Positions 57,183 to 64,000 of a stretch of DNA of 64,000 nt are shown in pieces. The DNA is from Thermodesulfobacteriota bacterium (GTDB lineage: Bacteria > Desulfobacterota > Desulfobulbia > Desulfobulbales > SURF-16). Both the position numbers and the translations under genes were made by a program. The DNA lies in the NCBI GenBank assembly GCA_040755455.1, contig JBFMAY010000001.1, positions 256,001-320,000 on the forward strand, in the 5' to 3' direction. Below the pieces are notes generated by a model, which did not search any database, was not told the origin of the DNA, and worked only from the letters and a program-made list of their open reading frames with translations. The first letter of the stretch is position 1. Every line of letters begins with the position of its first letter.

Positions 57183-58939
57183 CAGTGTGGCCTTCCGTTG
57201 AAAATCATTGAAAACCGTGCGCCGCCCTCCGGATTATTGCCCGCTGCAACCGCACCCCCGTGAAATTCGACAATCTTTTTCACATTGGCCAGACCTAAAC
57301 CGGTCCCTTTGTCCCTGGTGGTGTAAAAGGGCTGAAAAAGATTGTTGATCTGCTCTTCCCGGATTCCCGGCCCCAGGTCCTTGACCGTAATGGTAAAACC
57401 GCCGGCCGGGGTCTGTTCACCAATGATCTGCACCGTACCGTTATCGGGTGACCACTGGATAGCATTGTCCACCAGATTGATTAACGCCTGGACAACCTGT
57501 TGCTTATCGACTGTTATGGGTGTGTTATCCAGATTATCAATGATCTCCAAGGCAATAATCTTGTCGGCCGCCTTCTGGGTGAGGATTTCCCGGACCTCTT
57601 CGGCGATCTGCCGGAAGGGCACCTTATCGAGATTCAAGTGAATCGGTTTGCTGAAGTGGAGCAGATCGGAAAACATCGATTCAAGCCGTTTCACCTGGGC
57701 TATGGCTATGCCGGCCATTTCCGCATAGGACGGATCATCTTTTACTTTGCGGGCCAAGGCCTGCAGGTTGATTTTGACGGAAGAGAGGGGGTTGCGCATT
57801 TCGTGGACGATGCTCGAACTCAATTTCCCCACGGCGCTGAGGGATATGGTCTGCATCATTAGTCGTTTGTTGGCGTCCAGGGTGTCCAGCATGGCATTGA
57901 ATGCCTCGCCGACATCATTGAGATAGCGGTCATTGAAAACAGGAAGCCGTTCCTGATGATTGCCTTCTGAGATATGCCGGGCGACCCGCGCCAGTTCATC
58001 AAGGGGATCGGCCACGTTGCTGGCCGTCCGCCAGGAGCCGATCAGAATCAGAATGAGGATTGCCAGGGCAGTGCTGCCGCCTATGCCCATGTAGCTCTCG
58101 ATCTCTTTCATGGCATGCATTTTGTCAACCTCCACGATGAGTACCCAGTCCATCTCCGGTATGGGCGCGGCAATGGAAAAAACGGAAACACCTTTGTCAT
58201 CTCTTCTTTTCAGCAACTGCCAGTATGGCCCTTGCAGGAGATTGGCAGGAAAGGTCACGGTGCCTGGCCTATCTTCAAGGCCAGCAGGCAATGCCTGATA
58301 AAGCAGGCTTCCATCGCCGGAAACGAGATAGATCTTGCCGCTGTCGTCAAGATCCGAGGTGTCGGATAAAACCCGTTTCAGAGACTTCGTCATATTCATT
58401 TCCGCCACAATATAAACAGCGGGATGGCCGCTCTGGTCAAGGATGGTTTGCCCAAGGGGCAGGATTGTTTCCCTGTCCGGGGTCAGATACTGTCTGTCCA
58501 TCACAAGCAGATCGGCAACGACGAATTTGTTTTTTAAATCACTGGAGGGGGGAGGTATTGCTAACGGCGGATTTTCGTTGTACTGGCGGATGACGGACCA
58601 GTTATGATCATAAACAGTCAGGGATTTGTATTTTGAGTGGCCCGTGAAGAGTCCCTGCACTGCAAAATCCAGAGCAGCGAGCTTTTCCTGGGAAGGTCGA
58701 TCGTTTTTGGTGGAGAGCGAGGTGCCCAGTCTGAAGAACTCCTTCCTTGTGTGTCGTGTCCATTCCCTTAACCAGAGCATCCTTGATTTCAGGGAATAAC
58801 TCAGATGTTCAGTTTCCAGTTTTTCGATGGCCTTTTTGCCGAAATAATGATTTTGAAAAGCGAGAACAAGCAACGGGACAAGGCCGGTCAGAGCCATGTA
58901 AATAAAAATTTTCCTTTTGAGATTGGAAGACACGGACAT
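57182..58939 (-). CDS. Cache/HAMP sensor histidine kinase
   Basis: 2 TM, HAMP, IVHEMRNPL, NLVDNA, DLGPGI, GTGLGL; stop/start overlap with the regulator. Confidence 0.94.
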   Translation of the reverse strand: MSVSSNLKRKIFIYMALTGLVPLLVLAFQNHYFGKKAIEKLETEHLSYSLKSRMLWLREWTRHTRKEFFRLGTSLSTKNDRPSQEKLAALDFAVQGLFTGHSKYKSLTVYDHNWSVIRQYNENPPLAIPPPSSDLKNKFVVADLLVMDRQYLTPDRETILPLGQTILDQSGHPAVYIVAEMNMTKSLKRVLSDTSDLDDSGKIYLVSGDGSLLYQALPAGLEDRPGTVTFPANLLQGPYWQLLKRRDDKGVSVFSIAAPIPEMDWVLIVEVDKMHAMKEIESYMGIGGSTALAILILILIGSWRTASNVADPLDELARVARHISEGNHQERLPVFNDRYLNDVGEAFNAMLDTLDANKRLMMQTISLSAVGKLSSSIVHEMRNPLSSVKINLQALARKVKDDPSYAEMAGIAIAQVKRLESMFSDLLHFSKPIHLNLDKVPFRQIAEEVREILTQKAADKIIALEIIDNLDNTPITVDKQQVVQALINLVDNAIQWSPDNGTVQIIGEQTPAGGFTITVKDLGPGIREEQINNLFQPFYTTRDKGTGLGLANVKKIVEFHGGAVAAGNNPEGGARFSMIFNGRPH

Positions 58940-59110
58940 GGTCGTTTCAGATCAACAGCATGGCGGAAAGGCTTTGTTATTCATTCAATCCTCGCATGGC
59001 TGGGAAAAGAAAAGAATTCTTCCCATGTCAGAAGATGAGATGCATGCAATCGGAAGAGTAATCATTTTAAAATGTATCAGAATTTTACTGGTGAAGCTCT
59101 TAAAAAAGGC

Positions 59111-59140
59111 AAAAAAAAAGCCCCGGTCGAAACCAGGGCT
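59111..59140 (-). terminator. rho-independent terminator
   Basis: Minus strand AGCCCTGG-tttcga-CCGGGGCT followed by a T-run. Confidence 0.8.
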
Positions 59141-59165
59141 GTTTTGCTGTATCCGCAGATTGTGC

Positions 59166-60092
59166 TTATTTGTTAATCGGCGGGTTATGGGCGTTGATAT
59201 GGCAGTCTAAGCAACGTGGGAATTTTTCAAGCATTTTTGCGTCGTGGGGCTGGCTATGGCAATTGGTGCACTGCGGAATCTGCCCATGCTTTTCATGGCA
59301 TTTGGCGCAGGCAACCCCGGAATGTTTGCTTGGCGAGGCTGCCCAGACTTTATAGACCTGATCATGGCAGGCGCCGCAGGTTGCCTCAGTCCCGGCCTCG
59401 TAGGTAATCGCCAGCGGCCGGTGCACAGGATGGCAGGACTTGCAGGCCTCGACCGGTTGGTCGGGAATATGGGGCTCATGGCATTCCATGCATGATGGAA
59501 TGTTGCCGTGCTTGGTATGGTGACAGGCCGTACAGTCCTGCTGGGTATGGGCACTGGGGAATTGCTTCAGCTGCCCTGTGGGGCCGGTATGGCAGTTACC
59601 GCACTGCTTGGCCAGCATATCGTTCATGGGAACATTCAGCGGGGTGTGCGGGATGTTATGGCAGGTTATGCAGTCGAGAAAATTTGGCCCGTGCGGTTGG
59701 GTGTGGCACTGGCTGCATTTCGGCATAATTTCATTCCAGTTGTTTCTTTGCGGGTTATATGAATGAAATTGCTGATGGCAGTCCTGGCAGTGTATGCGAT
59801 GACGGCCGCCGTCGTTTTTGATCTTGTTGAACACGCCGATATGGCATTGGGCGCATTGGGCTACGGTCAGTGGTTCAGGGGATTGGGCATAAAGGTCAGC
59901 GCCTCCTTTGCTGGCAGCGGGGGCAGCCTGGGCTGCCGGCTGCTCTGCACTGGCAAGGAGCACAGGGGCTTCAGCCTTGCCAGTTTTTGCTGCTGTCCCG
60001 CGTTCGGTCGCATTGATCGGCATGCAGGAAATAGCCGAGGAAATGAAAAAAACGGAGAGGACATTGTAAAGAATTTTTCTTTTCTTTTTCAT
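59166..60092 (-). CDS. dodecaheme c-type cytochrome, probable lipoprotein
   Basis: 12 CxxCH motifs counted; signal peptide with lipobox-like AISC. Confidence 0.92.
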   Translation of the reverse strand: MKKKRKILYNVLSVFFISSAISCMPINATERGTAAKTGKAEAPVLLASAEQPAAQAAPAASKGGADLYAQSPEPLTVAQCAQCHIGVFNKIKNDGGRHRIHCQDCHQQFHSYNPQRNNWNEIMPKCSQCHTQPHGPNFLDCITCHNIPHTPLNVPMNDMLAKQCGNCHTGPTGQLKQFPSAHTQQDCTACHHTKHGNIPSCMECHEPHIPDQPVEACKSCHPVHRPLAITYEAGTEATCGACHDQVYKVWAASPSKHSGVACAKCHEKHGQIPQCTNCHSQPHDAKMLEKFPRCLDCHINAHNPPINK

Positions 60093-60155
60093 AAGGTATT
60101 CCTTTCTTCAGAGAGTAGCAAAACACAGAATAATCTGGATGATAGGCTGATGGAG

Positions 60156-60190
60156 AAAAAAAAGAGTGAGCAGTAAAACTGCCCACTCTC
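60156..60190 (-). terminator. rho-independent terminator between the two dodecaheme genes
   Basis: Minus strand GAGTGGGCAG-tttta-CTGCTCACTC followed by a T-run. Confidence 0.75.
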
Positions 60191-60207
60191 TGGTATTAAA
60201 TATCCTG

Positions 60208-61023
60208 TTACTTGGTCACGTCATGGGCAATGCCGTGGCAATCGCCGCATGTCGGGAACTTCTTCATCATGTCGTCGGGATGCGGAATGCCATGGCAATC
60301 CTGGCACTTCGGCACCATCTTGTGCTGTGATTTGTGGCAATCGGCACAGGCGACATCCTTGTGTTTGGCGGGGCTCGCCATCAGGAGGTCGTAAGCTTTC
60401 TGATGACAGGAACCGCAGAGTTTGGATGGTGTGTCATCGGGATAAACAACCTGCAACGGCATATGGGCTTTGTGGCAGGTCAGGCAGTCACTCTGCACCA
60501 TGTCATCGGCATGGGGGGAGTGGCAGTTCGTGCAGTTCGGCAACTCGCCATGGGCGGTATGACAGGTGGTGCAGAACTGTTCGGTATGTTTGCTTGGATT
60601 CTGCTTTAACTGATCAATCTGATCGGTATGACAGGTAAGGCAGGGATCGGTCAGATTGTCTGCCAGGGTGATGTTCAGCGGCGTGTGGGGGTTCTTGTGA
60701 CATTTCAGGCAGCCTTCAAGTTCAAAATGCTTCTCGCCGGTGTGGCACATGCTGCATTGGGGAATAATGTCGGTGTTGTTGGGAGGATGGCCCTGATGGC
60801 AATCAATACAGGTAACGCTGGTCTTGTGTTTGCCGCCTGCGCTTTCAATGGCCTGCGGTGCAGCGTCATGGCATTTTGCACAGTCGGCAATGCTTAAAAC
60901 AGGACGCTCTGCATCTTGCGCCGCGGCAAAGGGAGCTGCCGCCCCTGCTGTCAGGAAGATTGCAAAAGCTGTCACCATGTGTTTCATCAATTGAATCTTT
61001 TTATATTTTTTGCCCATTTTCAC
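60208..61023 (-). CDS. dodecaheme c-type cytochrome, periplasmic
   Basis: 12 CxxCH motifs counted; cleavable signal peptide (AAA-Q). Confidence 0.92.
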   Translation of the reverse strand: MKMGKKYKKIQLMKHMVTAFAIFLTAGAAAPFAAAQDAERPVLSIADCAKCHDAAPQAIESAGGKHKTSVTCIDCHQGHPPNNTDIIPQCSMCHTGEKHFELEGCLKCHKNPHTPLNITLADNLTDPCLTCHTDQIDQLKQNPSKHTEQFCTTCHTAHGELPNCTNCHSPHADDMVQSDCLTCHKAHMPLQVVYPDDTPSKLCGSCHQKAYDLLMASPAKHKDVACADCHKSQHKMVPKCQDCHGIPHPDDMMKKFPTCGDCHGIAHDVTK

Positions 61024-61266
61024 TTAAATTATCCTCCTGATGTTGAAATTAAGTGTCGATCTGTTGAAAATACAAGGCATTTTCATGTATTGCCTAAAGC
61101 CAAAAGTTAATGCTAACGGGAAATTGCAGAGTGCAACAATTATTTGCGAGACGTTACATGTAAGGGTCTAACATGCAAATACGGCGAATAGTTGCCATAG
61201 TCTGACAAAAAATGCAATATTTTAGTCAGGAGGATTGTCAAAAAAAATTGCAGGGGGGGTGGGTGC

Positions 61267-61815
61267 TCAGGTTTTAAAACTGTCCAGATTCTCTTTCAGC
61301 TTGCCAAAGGCATCATTTATTTCCGTTGATTTCTGAAGAGTTGTTTCCAGTTTGGCCTGACTTTCCTGGGCCGTCTTTATTTTTTTCTTCAGCGAGCCCG
61401 TGCAGTCATTAAGAGCTGCGGCCATATCCTGCAGGATGTCATTTCTGCGCAGTTTGATTTCCGAGCGCAGATCCCCTTCTTTCAGCTCTTCCAGCCGTTT
61501 TTCGATGCGGTAAAGAGGTCCGGCTATTCTTTGCGGAAGAAAAATAACCACGATCAAGGCGCTCAGGAAACTCACCGCAGACCCGGCGGCGATGACCGGC
61601 AGTAAGAGATCACTGACCCGGCGGATTGTCACATGGGCGGTATAGAAGCTATCGGTAATTTCGCTTCTGGCATAAAAATAAAGAATCGCCGCGGCAACGA
61701 GCGAGCTGAGCAGGACTTGCGCGGTCATGCGCAGAAGAAGCCATTTCTGAAATTCCCGCTTCACGTTCAGGTTGAGTTTTTTTCTCTTGTACTTATAAGG
61801 GTTCATGGCAGTCAA
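61267..61815 (-). CDS. small 2TM-HAMP membrane protein
   Basis: Two TM helices, RIAGPLYRIEK..GDL..IKLRRND HAMP pattern, coiled-coil tail. Confidence 0.8.
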   Translation of the reverse strand: MTAMNPYKYKRKKLNLNVKREFQKWLLLRMTAQVLLSSLVAAAILYFYARSEITDSFYTAHVTIRRVSDLLLPVIAAGSAVSFLSALIVVIFLPQRIAGPLYRIEKRLEELKEGDLRSEIKLRRNDILQDMAAALNDCTGSLKKKIKTAQESQAKLETTLQKSTEINDAFGKLKENLDSFKT

Positions 61816-61841
61816 TACATTCTGTTAGCGGAACAGTTCTG

Positions 61842-63035
61842 TTAAAATTTGTCCGGATGACAACCTAAACAGAGTTCCTTTCGCGATGATTTGATGAGCC
61901 GGTACTCAATGTCCGCTGCATGATTACAGTGGCAGGTCATGCAGGAGATCCGGCCGTCCGGCAGGGTCGGATACCCGGGCGGTATTTTTGTTTTGCCCTT
62001 GGGCAGAATATTAACCGGATGCGATTTCTGCTGGTTGTAGCCTTTGTGGCAGGTGGCGCAGATGGTCATGCTGCTGACCTTTTTATCGGTCAACGGGATA
62101 TGTTCTGCGGCCATGTCAGCGGAATGATCTGATTTTTCGAGGGAAATCCGCCGTTCTGCCGGCTCAGCGCCGGAAATGCCGATGGCAATCGCCACCGGCT
62201 GATTGGCGGCCAGCTCCAGCATGACATGCTCATCGTTGATGCTGAAAAAGCTGCTTGTTATGACAATTTTTTCACTGCCGGTCCCTTGCTTTTCAGCCGG
62301 AGGGTTAGGCAATGGGGAAATTTCCAAGGTGGAGAAGATAAAAAGGGGAGAAGTGGCGCTGTTGCCGAAAATGTCCCGGCAGGTAATGGCAAGCTGATAG
62401 GTTGCACCGCTTTGCAAACCCGGCAGGATTATTTCATGATCGGTCACAAAACGCTCCTTTTCTTCGACTGTTTGCCCGCTGCCTGCGCTGCCGTATTGCA
62501 CGGTTGTGTTTGTTTTTTCATCGGTCTGCCAGGAGATTGCGGCATGGAGCAGGATCCCCTGTTGCACATCGGCCTTGATGTTGGTGATCCGCGGCGGGGT
62601 CAGGTCGTTTTTTGCCTTTGTCAGGGTGTCTGAGGGAGGAATCGTCAAGGATTGCCGTAGCGGGGATTGGCCGGGTGCCGTGGCCTCCATCACTATTTTT
62701 TCGGGAGTGGTTTTTGCCGGCAGCAGAAATGTGTGCGCCACCGACACCGATGGCGATATGTCGAGCCAGCGGATTTTTGCCCTGGCCAGGGGGGCAGGGG
62801 TGGGCTCCTCGGCAACAGGGGAAGAATCCTGCGGGTCAACATGGCATGTCAGGCAGTTCCTGTCGGCAAAAGGTTGGTGGATGTATCTTTTTTCCAGTTC
62901 CTTTTCCAGGAACTGATTGTGGCATTTTTCGCATTCCTCCGGCAGCGTCTCATTGGGGTTGGATGCAGCGAAGGAGCTGTTGTTAGGCAGCAGGAGGAAC
63001 AAGAGGAGGGTTAAGGCAGGCAGCCATGAATGCAT
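61842..63035 (-). CDS. pentaheme c-type cytochrome with internal FN3-like domain
   Basis: 5 CxxCH; DLTPPRITNI..ISWQTDE..VQYG..H..L.GL...TY Ig/FN3-like insert. Confidence 0.85.
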   Translation of the reverse strand: MHSWLPALTLLLFLLLPNNSSFAASNPNETLPEECEKCHNQFLEKELEKRYIHQPFADRNCLTCHVDPQDSSPVAEEPTPAPLARAKIRWLDISPSVSVAHTFLLPAKTTPEKIVMEATAPGQSPLRQSLTIPPSDTLTKAKNDLTPPRITNIKADVQQGILLHAAISWQTDEKTNTTVQYGSAGSGQTVEEKERFVTDHEIILPGLQSGATYQLAITCRDIFGNSATSPLFIFSTLEISPLPNPPAEKQGTGSEKIVITSSFFSINDEHVMLELAANQPVAIAIGISGAEPAERRISLEKSDHSADMAAEHIPLTDKKVSSMTICATCHKGYNQQKSHPVNILPKGKTKIPPGYPTLPDGRISCMTCHCNHAADIEYRLIKSSRKELCLGCHPDKF

Positions 63036-63049
63036 ATCGATCCTGTCGC

Positions 63050-64000
63050 TTAAAAGGTTTTGCGGATAGCAGGGAGAGTTTGGTTGCAGTCGGTGACGTA
63101 TGCCCCGTGATAATGACACTGTTCGCAGGGTATCCGTGGTGGCGGTTTGGCGCCGTGGCAGCTGCAGCTCGTTTCCTTAGAATAGGGAGGTTCAGAGTGG
63201 GCTGTAGCGGTGTGATGGACCATGTGCCAGTCATCGGTATGACATTTTGCACACAGCAGTTCCAGGTTTGAGGTGCCGGCCGGCGAGGTTGCCGCCGTGT
63301 GCACGGCAGTGGTGGTAACCGTGCCGTTCACCTCTCTTCTGATGAGAAACGAGCTTGGCGAGCCGTGGGGTTCGTGGCAGTCAAGGCAGGAGAGCACCCA
63401 GCCGTTGGCGGCGCTGTAAGGATTTATTCTTTCCGAGCTGCCGGTAGCACTGTTCTTGCCGTGTTTGTCGCCGGCTGCTATGGCGTCTCCGCTCAGGGTA
63501 TACCAGCTGATTTTATAGAGATTTCTGCCCAGGGTGCTGCTGAAAATGGTGTTGGTGGTATTGTGGCAGTCCGTGCAGAAGGCATTGTAGTCCGGGGTCA
63601 GCGAGCCGTCGTCTGTATTGGTGGCATCGGGTTCATAGGTGTTGGTTGAATTGTAATAATAGGGCGCCAGGTAGTTGTTGCTGCTGGCAGCATCCATTTT
63701 CTCGGCAGCGTCATTGCCCCAGAGATTGGCATGATCTGACGGCTTGGAGATGGCTGTGTAAGACGGGTCTTTTTGATTTTCCTTATTACGCCTAGCTAAG
63801 TGCGGGTTATGGCAACCGGTGCATGGATTAGAGGTGGCCGTAAAAAAGCTGGGGAAATTGGTTTTGCTGAAATCCCAGATATCGGAGAGGTTGTGATAGG
63901 AGTGTTGATTGAATGCCTCAAAAATTCCCAATGGCGAATAGTTGGTATAACCGCCGAACGTGGCGGCGTAATCCTTATTGTCTATTCCGCCGGTTTGCAG
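63050..64000 (-). CDS. multiheme c-type cytochrome (5' partial; continues beyond the window)
   Basis: CTGCH, CTDCH, CLDCH, CAKCH, CEQCH plus an atypical CSCH; frame is open to 64000. Confidence 0.88.
   Translation of the reverse strand: MQTGGIDNKDYAATFGGYTNYSPLGIFEAFNQHSYHNLSDIWDFSKTNFPSFFTATSNPCTGCHNPHLARRNKENQKDPSYTAISKPSDHANLWGNDAAEKMDAASSNNYLAPYYYNSTNTYEPDATNTDDGSLTPDYNAFCTDCHNTTNTIFSSTLGRNLYKISWYTLSGDAIAAGDKHGKNSATGSSERINPYSAANGWVLSCLDCHEPHGSPSSFLIRREVNGTVTTTAVHTAATSPAGTSNLELLCAKCHTDDWHMVHHTATAHSEPPYSKETSCSCHGAKPPPRIPCEQCHYHGAYVTDCNQTLPAIRKTF

Noticed and set aside
1..64000. rRNA, tRNA, intact transposase, integrase or prophage genes
   Set aside because: None recognised in the window

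Overview
Chromosomal window from a GC-rich anaerobic bacterium. Gene content (dodecaheme cytochromes, sigma-54 two-component systems, ADP-forming acetate-CoA ligase) suggests Desulfobacterota/deltaproteobacteria; this is an inference. The centrepiece (about 12.0-27.8 kb) is a type III-A CRISPR-Cas locus: cas6, cas10 with intact HD and GGDD motifs, csm2-5, a CARF-HEPN effector and an MNT-HEPN toxin-antitoxin pair. A tightly spaced three-gene unit follows: a 2TM-CARF (Cam1-like) membrane effector, a Csx3/Crn3-like ring nuclease and a stand-alone reverse transcriptase. It runs directly into the leader and an 11-repeat/10-spacer array; cas1-cas2 lie beyond the array. The locus carries many scars of remodelling: a 22-codon stub of an older cas10, a stub of an NE0113-type CARF gene joined to an orphan repeat end, two ATPase pseudogene fragments, two orphan antitoxins and an IS3-like end. 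Left flank: Fic, a ParD/ParE-like TA pair, a C39 peptidase-RimK-GCS2 ligase operon and a secreted DUF4091 protein. Right flank: acyl-CoA metabolism, signalling, a PBP, a giant pentapeptide-repeat protein, a Mad28-like actin, hrpA, a porin/binding-protein/degenerate-GGDEF module and a multiheme cytochrome cluster. All family calls come from motif recognition by eye; no database search was run.
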